A stretch of 64,000 nucleotides of DNA from Carcharhinus longimanus (taxonomy: Eukaryota). This document shows positions 36,561-49,289 of this stretch, in pieces. The stretch covers positions 62,985,823-63,049,822 of the forward strand of contig JASCQW010000099.1 in assembly GCA_030264375.1 (NCBI GenBank), written 5' to 3'. The translations under genes were made by a program, and so were the position numbers. The stretch's first letter is position 1. Each line of letters starts with the position of its first letter. Under the pieces are notes generated by a model. It saw only the letters and a program-made list of their open reading frames with translations, was not told the DNA's origin and made no database searches.

Positions 36561-38561
36561 GCAGCTGCACTGATTCTCTCTCTCCAGGCACCTCACACCT
36601 CCTCCAACACTCTCACTAGCCTTCATCCAATTGTTCCTTGCACCATGCCTCACAGTCACCCTCACAAATGTCCTTTCTTCTAATCCACGTGACCATTATT
36701 AACACCCTGGGGAACTGGGAGTGGTGCTCCACTACGGGGCACCTTGATAATCATTGACAAAGTGTGCCCACCTGACCCACTGGAAAGAAGGTCTTAGAAT
36801 CATACTATGATGGAGACCAATTGGTAACCATCTGTAATGCACTGAAAACACACTCTAAGAAGCAGTGCTGTGAGCTGCAATCTCTCACTTGCGCAAGGCT
36901 GATCAGAAGTTTCTCATCTGAACTTGGGTTGTGTTTGGAGAGAAATGAATTGCACATCTGAAATATTGGCTGTGGTGCTGGAGTGGAAGGGGTGAAATAG
37001 TGTGAAGTACAAAAGGCTTCTCTCGAATGGTAAGATCACAGTCAACTGAAACCCTACGGTGTGATTAAGAACCTATACCATTGACGAAAACAGCAAAAAT
37101 CTTCAATAATATTGATTTTACTGGTTGTCTCTGAACAAAGTGCGACCTGTGCTAGGTATAAACAACATCACTGGCACATTGTCATTTGGATGTTGGCACG
37201 TTGTTGGATATTGGCAGTCGGTCCAATTACACAAGCCAGTAAGTTATGTTTAGTGGTGCCGGTCTAAAAGATCTTTGTGTACAACTTTGAACAGATCGGG
37301 AAGCCAACTTTACATGGACAGTCATATTTGTGAAATAATGCTGCTATTGGTAGCAGTTTGTGATGAATTGTACGATTGCAAAATGTTGAATGTGCCTAGT
37401 GACAGGAACAATTGCTAGATAATTTGGACTCCTTGGTTGTGATTGTCTTGAAATATGCTTTCACATATCTTCCATGTATTATTTAACATACCATGAGGAA
37501 TGCTTTTAGAAACCAGGGCATTAAGACCGCTTATTTGAATAGCAGGCAAATAGAATTTTATTGCTGTGCTTCATTTTCTCACATTGTGAACTTGTTCTGT
37601 AGGATTTAACTGGCTGTGTTTCTGCTGGCGTAATAGTCAGGAATTGCCTGCAGTAATGTTCATTTTGTACTTCTCAAGTGACTTATCAACCTTTTAACTA
37701 TTTGGATAATTTTCAGGAACATTAATCTGTTGTGTTGTGGGAAAACTAGGACATGAAGTAGATCAGTGAATTTGTATAACCCAGCACATGACCGTACTCC
37801 AGACTGTTTTAAATGGCATTGGAATAAATTATTTGCGATCAGCTTCTTGAGTTTTGGAATTGGAAAAGATGAAACTACCATAAAGTTACAAGAATTGTCT
37901 GTACTCTGCTGAATATGACATGTCGTTATCCCTGGCATGCGCAGAGTTAGGCACATGTTTCAGATTATTAGTGATAACATTTGTTTATGGAACTGGCATT
38001 TAGGCTGATAGCACATGAACATCGTGTTTGTAGAGTTCTCAACAAAACGTGGGCTAGATTAAATCCAACCATTTAACTCCAATCATTGGCAAAGAGATGG
38101 AACAAGTCTCCAATGTTGCTACCAAATTCCATTTATTCACCCACAACCTGCTCGCCGATGCTTAATTTGAGTTCTAGTCATATAATCTGATATTTTCTCC
38201 AATTAGTTCTGTTTTCCAATCTTTAGCCACTAATCCAGTCAGTTTTGTGTGGACCACTCTGCTCAATGCCTCGTTAAGTTTAGTGAAATTAGACATGAAC
38301 TGAATTTCAGAGGCAAGATAAATGACTGTACTTGACGTCATGGCAACATTCGTACGCAGGTGAATCACATCAAAGTTTTCCTCAGTGTCACACACAACCA
38401 TGAGTTGAACCTATGTTGCAGTTCCTGGATCATCACTAGAGTGAAAACCTGGTCTCACTACATCACATTGTGGGTACACCTTCATCGCATATATTTTAGT
38501 GTACTTGTGTGGCTTGCATTGCAAGTTATGTTAATTTCTTGAATATGGACACCTTTATTGC

Positions 38562-38768
38562 CTGGACAGCTGGTCAGTGATGCACAGCGATGCCAAAAGC
38601 ACAGGTTCAATTCCTGTACCAGCTGAAGTTATTCACGAAGCCCGCTTTCTCAACTTTGCCCCTTGCCTGAGGTGTGGTGAACCTCAGGTTAAATCTCCAC
38701 CAGTCAGCTCTCCCCTGCCAGAGAGGAGAGCAGTATATGGTCATCTGGAACTATGGCAACTTTATACT
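38562..38768 (+). mobile_element. tRNA-derived SINE of a different family; second copy at 56665-56782(-)
   Basis: B-box-like 'ggttcaattcc' and tail 'ggaactatggcaacttta'. The head is shared with the reverse complement of 56690-56782. Confidence 0.65.
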
Positions 38769-39204
38769 AATTAACTTAAATACCCAATCTGCAGGTTTTT
38801 TAACTTAGAAGTACTTAACCGAACGTTGGGTCTATCAATATTTTCAGTTTACTGCTGATATGTTTCAAGTGAACGTAGGCAAAGTGCTGCTCAGCTCATT
38901 GCCGTTAGAGTTGACAACAGATCCCTGTGATATAATGCATGCAGATTTTGTTCATTATTGGTGAGAGTTTTACTTCCAAATACATGTATGTTGCAATATG
39001 TCCTATATGATTGTCCACCTACCCAAATGAAACAAACAACAAGACTGGAACCAGTTTTCCTTTCTCCCCCCTTCAAAAAGAAGGCTGTCAATACAAGTAC
39101 AACTTGCCTGGTCACAAACCAACTCTTCATGGGCCACCCAAGACTGGGTAGAAAAGAATAATTGGCAGTCTGGTTGTAAGACCCGCCATGGGAATGAGCG
39201 ACCT

Positions 39205-39535
39205 TAATATGATAAATTCTTCATCAAGATGGAGAGTGGCATAGCTGACTCTGAGACTACGGTCCTGAATCTAAATAAAGGAAACTGTGACGGTATGAGG
39301 CATGAGTTGGCTGATGGATTGGAAAATGTTACTGAGGGATGATGATGGATCGGCAATGGCATACATTTCAAGGAATGCTTGGGTGAACTGCAGCAATTGT
39401 TCATTCCTGTCTGGCACCAAAATAAAACAGGAAAGGTGACCAAACCATGGCTTACAATGGATCATAATAAATGGTGCTGCAGGCTGGAAGAGCTTAATCG
39501 CCCACTCCTGCTTCTATTTTCCATGTTTCTGTAAG
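39205..39535 (+). mobile_element. CR1 LINE fragments (ORF2 middle fused to 3' end)
   Basis: 'VLNLNKGNCDGMRHELA..W...L' and 'KPWLT', followed by 'aatggtgctgcaggctggaagagc..actcctgcttctattt..atgtttc'. Confidence 0.75.
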
Positions 39536-40059
39536 AAAATATCAAATTTCAATTGAATTTGTACGTTCAGCTCAGTCTAAATTCTGAGTGCGTTGATTTA
39601 GTTTTTTAGCCATAGACCAGCAGTAAACCAAACAATGTTGGCATTAATATGAGGTTTTACATTTTTGATACCAGTCTTGTAATTACTGTCTATGATTCTC
39701 AGATATAGGAGCTCAAAGAAAACTACTCTTCAGAATTAAATCTATTGTGGATATATATGATTTAGAAAATTAAAATCCCATGGAATGATCACCAAAGTCA
39801 GAGAGAGCATCTTTTTGCAATTACTGTCACATGAACTCTTTGCTTAGTGTATGTTCTAATGGTTGATTAGAAAACATTGCACTTGACTTGCATTGATTAT
39901 ATCAAAACTATGAATCTTTCCCTGCATGCATCATTGAGCAACTAAACAAAGTTAATTAAATGAATGGGCAAAGCTATGACTGATAGATTTCAGTGTAGGC
40001 AAATATTTGGACCTGGATGATGGAATATAAAGCCATATATCCAAGCTTCCCAGTGATAC

Positions 40060-41050
40060 CAAGACAGACCATAGTTTAAAGAATAGAGATGGAAGCTTGA
40101 AATTTCAAGATAACGAAAAAAATGGCAACAGATTTCAAGAGGACATAGACCGGTTGATTGAGTGGACAAATGATAGGTTAAATTCAATATAGAAAGTGTG
40201 ATGTGATGTGATGTATTCTGGTTGGTAGAATGAGGATAGGTAATACATTCTATATGATTACAATGGGCACAAGAAGAGGGAGAACTGGGTGTGCTTGTGT
40301 ACAGAGTTTGCAGGGTAGGTTAAAGCAGTTAAGCAGTATTTGTGATACTGGTCTTTGTAAATAGAGGTAGAGAGTACAAAATGGCCTACTGGAGCAGCAC
40401 AACGGGCTGGGAGAATCGACCCCGCTGTGTTTCAAATGAAATGTTAAACAAGGTCCTAACTGCACCTGCAGGTGGATGTAAAAGATTCCATGGCACTATT
40501 TTGGAGAAGAGCAGCAGATTATCTCCTGTGCCCTGGCCAATATTTTTCTTTCACTCAACATCACAAAAACAGATTATCACATGGCTGTTTGTGGGAGCTT
40601 GCTGTGTGCGAATTATCTGCCACATTTCCTATGTTTCCACATTGACTGCATTTCATTGGCCATCAAGTGCTTTTAGACACCTGCAAGCCATGAAAGGTGC
40701 TACTTTAATGATTTGATCCAAGTTTTCCAGATATGGAGGGTTACATTAGGGGAGATGTTTTCCACAGGTTGGGGAATATGCGCTAGAGGACATTGTCTAA
40801 AATCAACACTAAAGCTTTCAGGGATTAAATTAAGAGACACACAAGAGTGGTAGAAGTTTGGATCTCTCTTCCACAAATAGCAATTATTTGTAGATCAGTT
40901 GCTAATTTTATGTTTAAGAAGGATCGAATCCGAGGTATTAAGGGTTATGGGGCAAAGATGGGTATAGGGACTGAGGTCGTAGCCATGATCTCATTAATGA
41001 TGGAACTGACTCAAGAGGCTAAATTGCCTACTGCTGTTCCTTTGCTGTTT
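40060..41050 (+). mobile_element. Old CR1 fragments interrupted by a Deu-SINE
   Basis: 'QEDIDRL.EW...W...FN..KC.V' near 40135-40200 and CR1 3' UTR at 40720-41050. Confidence 0.7.
40400..40710 (+). mobile_element. Deu-domain SINE (SacSINE1-like)
   Basis: 'gatgtaaaagattccatggcactattttggagaagagcag..cctggccaatattt..gctgtttgtgggagcttgctgtgtgc'. Confidence 0.78.
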
Positions 41051-41671
41051 TTCTAGCATGCCATCTGTCAGNNNNNNNNNNNNNNNNNNNNNNNNNNNNN
41101 NNNNNNNNNNNNNNNNNNNNNNNNNNNNNNNNNNNNNNNNNNNNNNNNNNNNNNNNNNNNNNNNNNNNNNNTTTTTAGCAGAATAAAAATGAATCCTTGA
41201 AAGTTGCAGTATGTTTCCTTAAAGAAAATTGCACGAGACGATTCATGCTGCGTCGTATGGAATTAAATCCAATCTGCCTGTAATTTGTATCAACAATTCC
41301 AAACTAATATTCATTTTAAAATCTTACAGAATTCACCACAAACTCCTGCTTAATTGCCAATCCCTTTGCCTGGTGTGGCAAATGAAAAATGTTGTGTGTC
41401 AAACTGGTGCAGTGGGCATGCTCTTTTGCAGTTGGAAGGTAACAGACATTACTGTAGCGGAACAGAAGGAGCTTTGGCCTTTACCTGACCCGTGTTATAA
41501 TTGATAATGCATTTGTCGCTGACCCACAACAATAAAGATTTGTTCCAGCATGAACATCCCTTACTGAGGACAAATAAAATCCATTGCACATGGCAGTATT
41601 TTTCAGTGACCAAGGACTACTCTGTGTTCAGAATAGTTATAAATTGAGAGAGGTTTTGGTTGGTTTTAGGA

Positions 41672-41755
41672 TTTAGGTTTTAGGTTTACAGTTTAGGATT
41701 AACTTGAATCAGGTTTTAGGTTTTAGGTTTACAGTTTAGGATTAACTTGAATCAG
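41672..41755. repeat. 43-bp-period tandem duplication rich in TTTAGG
   Basis: tttaggttttaggtttacagtttaggattaacttgaatcag occurs twice. Confidence 0.9.
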
Positions 41756-43654
41756 TCGGTGCCATCATTCTTTATGTAGCCTCTGCTGGGTATCCATTGT
41801 TCTCTAATCAGTCTCAGGATCTTTTATTCTTACAGCCAGTGACTCTGTTGTACCCTTGAAGAAAGTTTACAAAATGAGAAAATAACTCATCTGGCATATT
41901 CAGCTTTATGCTGAGCATTGACCTCGAGCATGAGATCAATATAGCATCGCTGATGGAGCCCAGCTAAAAGTTGATAGCTATTGATTTTTGTACTGAATGT
42001 CCTCTGCCCACATTCATTTGAATGAGGGTGGTGCATTAAGCATGTAATCAGATTTATTTTTTGTTGCCTTTTGCTTCCAGGAAGCCTGTGCATGTATCAA
42101 GATTGATTTTAAAGGGCAAAAAGAAGCACGCCGAATTTTTCAGTTAAAAATGTTTGATTGGAAGGATGCCTTTGTTAAATTCGTTCTCATGCATTTAAAG
42201 CTCAGTGAAATAAAACTTTTTTTCCCCCAAATCTGCAGTATAGGCTTACAGTGTATACACTTAAAAGTTAAATCCAAGATTAAACAATAATTGCACTTCT
42301 TGATGGATGCCGTTAAGTGATACAATTTAAAAACAAACATAGTCACTGCTCCAAATTGCAACTGTTTTGTTAGTGAGATTAGAAGGTCTGGTTTATGCAC
42401 ATTCTTAATGTCTTTGGTCATCAACTTGAGTTTTTGAGCAGCACATTGCAGCAATCCCCAAAAATATTGACATATTCCATTGTAGACCCTACTGTAAATG
42501 TTTAGCATTTCTAACCATTTTAAAGTTGCAACACTTCTTTCTTAATAAAGGCCTTCTGACTGATGAATTAAAATAATATATACTAACCTTCATTAAAAAT
42601 GTGTGGTTCTTTTATAGAAACCCTCTGTATGAGGATTAAAATCTAAATCTTATCCACCATCTTAAGTTTGAACAGCCATTTTTGCGACACTAAAGAGTTA
42701 TGTTACCCTTTGCATGGAGCATGACATTTGAAAAGTAACACAAATTAACATGTCAAGGTAATTTTTTATACCCATTCAAGTCAAAAAGATGGAACCAATT
42801 ATAGAAATATCAACAGAAAAGTTCTTTAGAAGTTTTTTTTTTCTCTTAAACATTAGTTACACAATCATTGTGAAAACGGTGAAAGTCAGCAGGCATTGGT
42901 TTCATTGTGGGCTGGACTCAAATAATTTCTGCTGGAGAGGCAAGGCTGTCTTCAAGCAGTTGCTGTTTACTTTAACTCACGAAGAAATGCTCAAGACGGC
43001 AAACCCTCTATTGCAAGGTGGGTGGCTTTGAGCCTGAAAAATATTAATTAATCGTGAACTGCAGTTCCAATGCACAATGGACTTATTATTCTTTCCTCAT
43101 CCTTCCTGCCTGTTTTCCAACTGCTTTCTTCATGAATATGACTTATAAAAACAGAATTTTAATGAAGAAAAATGCCTCTTAAATTTCTGCATGCCCAGAT
43201 TATTTAAAGTTTTGCCACAATATTTATGCATTTTGAAAGCTATTAAATCTTTTTTTATTATCAAAGTTCCTTTAATTGTGTTTTTTTTTTCACTTAGGTC
43301 GCAGAAAGTTTTGCATTTAACAATGTTCGGTGCAATATAAAATAAAGTGAGATTCAGGACATAGATTGGTAGGATATGAGTTAACTTCCAAAGTTTCTCA
43401 TGTGATCTTTAAGTACTGCTTATAAGTGGGATGTGGGGGCTGCACTAAAGAAGACTCTTTCCCACCGAGAGGAATGGGCAAGACCGGAAGGTAAGTTACT
43501 CCAAGCATTCTCAGCCACTTCCTGGTGGCCATCCAAACAGTGTCATTTGTAGAGCTCTTGTAGGAAATTGTCTGCTTGCTCTGAAACTAGGGATGGTATG
43601 TGTGGCCTAGAGAGAACTCAAAGGAAAGAGAACAAAAATTTCAAACAGCTTCAA

Positions 43655-43782
43655 CTATATACTTTTTACATTTTTTTATATACATATAATATATGTGTGT
43701 TATAATAAGTATGTATTTTGCTGAATATCTATTTGTGCATATATATGTTTTATAATAGGTATATTTATATTGTAAATAAAGT
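43655..43782. repeat. AT-rich (TA)-like low-complexity tract
   Basis: Direct reading. Confidence 0.7.
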
Positions 43783-43790
43783 GCACTGGA

Positions 43791-43985
43791 CTCCAAAGAT
43801 GTGCAGGTTAGGTTGATTGGCCATGTTAAATTGCCCCTCAGTGTCCAGGATGTGTAGGTTAGCGGGATTAGTGGAGTAAATATGTGAGGTGACAGGGATA
43901 GGGCCTGGGTGGGATTGTTGTTGGTGCAGACTCGATGGGTCAAATGGCCTCCATCTGCACTGTAGGGATTTTATGATTTTTATGA
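43791..43985 (+). mobile_element. HE1 SINE 3' half
   Basis: From 'ctccaaagatgtgcaggttagg' through the tail. Confidence 0.85.
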
Positions 43986-44559
43986 CGATGCTCTTTGGTC
44001 AAGCATTTATTATTTAGAACTTACTTTATTCAGCAAGTTGCCGGTTTCACAGAATTCCAGTTTACATATCTGCCATATCCTTAAACAGCTGTTGCTTGTC
44101 ACGGGCATCGTGCTTGTATGGTAATCACCATCAATCAATGACTACAGTCAGCAGTTGATAGTCAGCTGTTCATTTTGAAGCAACATCGTAGCGTTTTCAA
44201 ATCGCTGTCATTTCGTACCAGATGGCAAAACTACCCACAGTGCTGGCACTTCCCAGTTTTAGGGTTTTTGATGAGTTGTGGCTTAAATCCATTCAGGGAT
44301 CGGGATATATGTTTTTCAGAAGATCCATCTGCTGACTTTCAGATTTTTGGATGGTGATATGAACAATAAGCTCTATATCACTGATACTTAATTTTGAATT
44401 AAATAACAGATGTGTAAATATAGTGCAGTCAAGGGTAAAGCAGGGATCATTGATGGAAGAATGGGAATAGTCGTGTTTCCCTGAGCTCTGGCGCTGGCTC
44501 TGGAGCTCCTCCTTTCATCCTGATACATGGCACATAGTCACCTTATCCTGGAGTCGATA

Positions 44560-47500
44560 TTCCATGCTGTGCCCTTGGAAGATATTTGGTGGCGTTTTGG
44601 TGACAAAATGCCAAGGAATGTCAAGAAAATCCTTGATTAAAAAGGAACAGTCGGAAGCATCTAGGTGGAACTGGACCCTCAACATGGCGACCTGGTTGAA
44701 GAGCAGGCTCTGGGTCCGTCACTCTCAAAGGCAATNNNNNNNNNNNNNNNNNNNNNNNNNNNNNNNNNNNNNNNNNNNNNNNNNNNNNNNNNNNNNNNNN
44801 NNNNNNNNNNNNNNNNNNNNNNNNNNNNNNNNNNNNNNNNNNNNNNNNNNNNNNNNNNNNNNNNNNNNNNNNNNNNNNNNNNNNNNNNNNNNNNNNNNNN
44901 NCTTAGAGAAACATCTGCATGGTATGTCAGATATCTTGGTGAATCTGGAGAACCGGGGCCAGAGGAAGAGTATCCATATGATCAGTTTTCCAGAGGGAGC
45001 TGAGACTAAGCTCCTCGTTAGATTTTTTTGAGAACGGACTGCAATATTTTCTTAATCCCAACATGAAAGCTGGGTGTATTAAGTTTGAAGGAGCACACTG
45101 TATCCGATCCTTGAAACCTAGGGACAACCAACGTCAGTGGCCTATTATCAAGAATTTTTTGTAATTTCAGGGATCGCCAAATAATATTGGAAGCTGCCAG
45201 ACATGGTGGGCCCTGGCTCTGTGATGGAGCAAAGGCCTCCCAGGACTTCTTGGCAGCGATACAGCAAAGGCATAGGGACATTCGATAAGGTTAAAAAACG
45301 TCTGAAGCTGTCTGAATTCCAGCCCTACATTACTCTACTATACTGAGGTTACTCTCAAGGATTTGTTGAAACATTCGACAATCCCTACTGATGCTTTAGA
45401 CTCTGTGGAAGGCAACAGTTGGAATCCACACACAGTTCACCATTAATCCAGGTCAACTCCACTGCCCTATCCCCTAACCTCATGCATTTATCATGGCTAA
45501 TCCACTTAACCGATACATCTTTGGATACTAAGGGGTAATTTACTATGGGCAATTCACCTAACCTACACTTCTTTTGAAATATAGGAAACTGAAGGAGATG
45601 CATGCAGACACGGGAGAATGTGCAAATTCCATACAGTCACCCAAGCCAGAATCGAACCTGGGTCCGGGCGCTGTGAGGAGCAGTGCTAACCATTATGCCA
45701 TTGTGCTGCCCTTCTCTCAATTAATCCTGTTATGTGATTTATCACATTGATAGGGGTAATCCTGTGAGCGAGCATTGAGGCAAATTTTTATCTGCTATCC
45801 TACTGAATCCAGGGACATCCATTTATCCTTAATGGAATGCATTCTGCAGTGTACCTCTTGGGTCTGAGGAATGCATTGCGTAAGTTGAATGGTACACGGA
45901 TTGTGCGCTTTCGATCCATCTTCTCATTTATAACCCTTAGATTAATAATTGTGGATTCTTTCCACATGATATCTTTTGTTCTCATTATTATTAAAATGAG
46001 TAGTGCCACTACAAGGAGGTGGGCAAGTGATTTAAGATGGAGGTAGAGGATGAGGCTCTACGAGTCCTCTCAGCGGGTGAGGAAAACTCCCCCTGGGACT
46101 TCTGGGCTTGTGTATTTCCTGTATTATTTTGAGATTATAAAATCTCTGATGGACTGCAGTTGTGGTACAGGCAGACTATATAGCCAGGGAAATGGCACCT
46201 CTAATTTAGGCGGAGATAGCAGTGGTATTTTTTGGTGCATGCCCAAATGTGGCGTGAAAATCCTTGGCAGTTCAGCCACTATAATACTTGTGCTAATATT
46301 CTACATTTTCTGTGGCTGAATGAGCAATGGGTGTAGCTACTTTAAAGATTTGTTCATGAAGTGTACAGGGAATTCATTATTCTATTAAAAGTAAGATGAT
46401 TTTGTCTTTTCTTAAGGAGAAAGTTGAAATAGCTTTTATTGCAAGAAACTCATCTGGAAACTCAGAGGGACTGGTTGGGACAGATGTTTTTTGCTTCTTT
46501 CATGACCAGCAGTTGAGAAGTAGCAGTGCTGGTTAATAAGAATCTACGTTTTAAATACGAGAGTTGTGTGAAAGACAAAGGGGATAGTTATGTAGTTGTT
46601 ATGGGGCTGGCATACGGTAGAAAAGATTGGAGGGTTGGGTTTGGGCAAGATGCTCTTTCAGAGAGTTTGTGTAGACCTGATGTGCCAAATGGCTTCCTGC
46701 ACTGGAGGTGTTCCATGGTTTTAAATATTGATGAGGAGATATGGAGTAACATTTGGGAATGCGCTAATAAAATCTCAGTTTGTAATAAAACAAAAGAGAT
46801 TCAGTTTAAGATATTACACTATCTGCATGTTACTCCAAGCTTATGTCTGAGGATTGACCCTGCTATATCCTTGTTGGACACAGTGATTACCGGCATTGTT
46901 TTTGGTCCTCCCATCAAGATTAAATCTCATTAGTTTACTGTCCTTAAAGAGCTTGAACAGATTTTTGATATGGCTTTAGAGTTTGATCCCTTGCTTTTAA
47001 AACACGGCCTCCCAGTTAAAAAGATAAATGATGCCAATTGAAAAGGTTGTACAAGACCCTAACATTTACAGCACGGAAAAATATCCTTTGCTCATGGGTT
47101 AGTGATAAGTCTCGTTCAATTCAGTATTGGCATAAAATTATTACAGAATGTATCCCAATAGAATTCTTGACCTGTTTACTTTGAGCTAAATGGGATACAT
47201 TCCATATGGAATGGGACCCCTATCTTAAGATTTTAGATACTGCACTGTCTGACTTGCTTCTACCATGTTTTCCAAACAATTTGTAGCTCTGTCACCATTA
47301 TCCTGAGAATGAGGTTATGCACCTCTGAGCCAATTATGTTTGTATCCTGATGTCCCCCAGTCTTCCTATATATCCTTTTGCTATTTGCTTGATGTGAGGC
47401 GTAGGATACAAAGAATAACCCAGAAGAGCTGTGCTGGTATTTTTCTTTCTCTTTCTACCTGCAATTTATTGAAAAATGACCACGCTGTTCTGTACCAATC

Positions 47501-47565
47501 TCTGAGGGTTTATTGTATTGTGTGAAAAAAATGAAAAATCCATGATAAAAATGTATTTTTAAAAT
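44560..47565 (+). mobile_element. Internally deleted L1-clade LINE (ORF1, ORF2 pieces, A-rich end)
   Basis: 'LVNLENRGQRKSIHMISFPEGAE' resembles L1 ORF1 'LENRSRRNNIRI.G.PEG.E'. 'IDEEIWSNIW...SVCNKTKEIQFKILH.LH.TP' resembles the fish-type L1 ORF2 C-terminus. A-rich tail near 47525-47565. Interrupted by a gap and SINEs. Confidence 0.8.
45460..45711 (-). mobile_element. HE1-type SINE inside L1
   Basis: Head and decayed V-domain. Confidence 0.8.
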
Positions 47566-47586
47566 AACGGTAAAGCGGGCTTACTC

Positions 47587-47760
47587 GTGTTAATTTTTCA
47601 GGTGCAGTAGTAGTCTGGTGACGTAAAAGGGACTACTTCTCCTGTCAGTGTGGAGTTTGCACTTTCTCCATCCAAAGTGTTAATTTTTCAGGTAGAATAG
47701 TAGTTTAATGACATAAAAGGGACTATTTCTCCTGTCACTGTGCAGTTTGCTCTTTCTCCC
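47587..47760. repeat. Diverged tandem duplication of about 90 bp
   Basis: 'gtgttaatttttcaggt...taaaagggacta.ttctcctgtca.tgtg.agtttgc.ctttctcc' occurs twice. Confidence 0.85.
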
Positions 47761-47970
47761 TGTGGCTGCGTGGCTTTCCTCCGGGTGCTCTGGTTTCCTC
47801 CCAGATTCCAAAGATACGTGGCTTAGGTTGATCGGCCATGTTAAATTGATTCTAGTGTCAGGATAAGTGTGTAGAGTTACGGGAATAGGGCTGGGTGGGA
47901 CTGTGTTTGGTGCAGACTTGATGGGCTGAATGGCCTCCTTTTGCACTGTAGGGATTCTATGACTCTATGA
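47732..47970 (+). mobile_element. 5'-truncated HE1 SINE
   Basis: V-domain and tail. Confidence 0.85.
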
Positions 47971-49289
47971 AAGATCCAGGTGGGCACCTTGTTTGATTTG
48001 AAAAGCAAAGATCTAGATGAAATTATATAATTGACAGCATGATATTGCCACCATTACAATCAAGAGTTCAATGCAAAAGAAGTACAGACTCATACTGATG
48101 CATGACATGAAGACTTCAGATTTGTTAGATTTCTTCTACACAGGACTTTTTTCTGTCTGACCCAGAGGGACTCAATCTACCAGGAATTCTCTCTTTCTGG
48201 TAAAAATGGTCTTTTTAGATGAAGAATGTGTAGGACAGACACGGGTAAATTAATCAATGGGAGAGCAATAATCGATGGCAGCTACAGTGTGCCAAATGAT
48301 GGTTTTAGTAATGAGCATACGTTTTATTTTTCGGTGATGTGATGTATGGATATCTCTTCATTGTTTATTTTTCTGCTAAGTACATCTTACTGTATTGTGG
48401 CAAATCGTTCGCCACCTTCGCCTATCATTGCATGTTTTAATCTACGAGGATTAACATTTTAAATCCTGGATCTACTCAGTACGTCAGGCAGCAGCTATTG
48501 AGAGAGAAGCATAGCTAATGAGCTGAGTTTTCCCAGCTGAGTCACAATTCTTGGCTGGGAACCTGGAGGTGGCCATGACAGGATGTCGGCTGGGATCTTC
48601 CTGGACGTGACCAATTAAAAAGCTGGTCCTGGAAGCAACATCCAATTGAAAATGACGAACAGACCAGGGAAACAACTGGACCAATAAGAGGGTCTGCAGC
48701 GACGTCTGGCCCTGTTGGGTGAGGCAGGCGGTGCTAAGGCAGGCTGAAGACTGCAAGGGTGCCTCAAAATGTGCTGCTCCCAGAACAATTATGAAATGGG
48801 AAGTTGGCTACACCTGTCAGTCTATTATTGTGGAGGGAGAGCCAAGACTGTGGCCAATTGGTCCTTTCAGTTTTGGGGTGTAGGGAGGGGTGACTTTAAA
48901 AGGTCCAACTGTTGCAGTCTGCAAAGACAAAACAACTGGAAATAACATCTAAGAATGAATTCTCTGCTGCATTACAGTGCAAACTGACCTTTATTCATAG
49001 TGGTTTTGATATTTATGTCTAATTAATTCAACAGTCACAAGCAAAATGAAGCATTGTGAGCCTTCATAACAAGCATAAGCAAAACTCTTCAATATCAGTT
49101 GCAGTCGTTCCTGTTCCTGTAACCACTCCACTGTGACATGGCATTAGTTCACTTTTCTATCAATACCGCAACATCACTTTTAACAGTGAGTTGTAACCCT
49201 TTAAGGGCTGTGGCCAAACTGAGTTTCAGATTCTCAATGAAGCACTATACAATCCAAACTTATTTGGTAAAATCATCATCGACCAAATC

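Noticed and set aside
41655-41755. Telomere-like TTTAGG runs
   Set aside because: No TTAGGG array; explained by a local tandem duplication.
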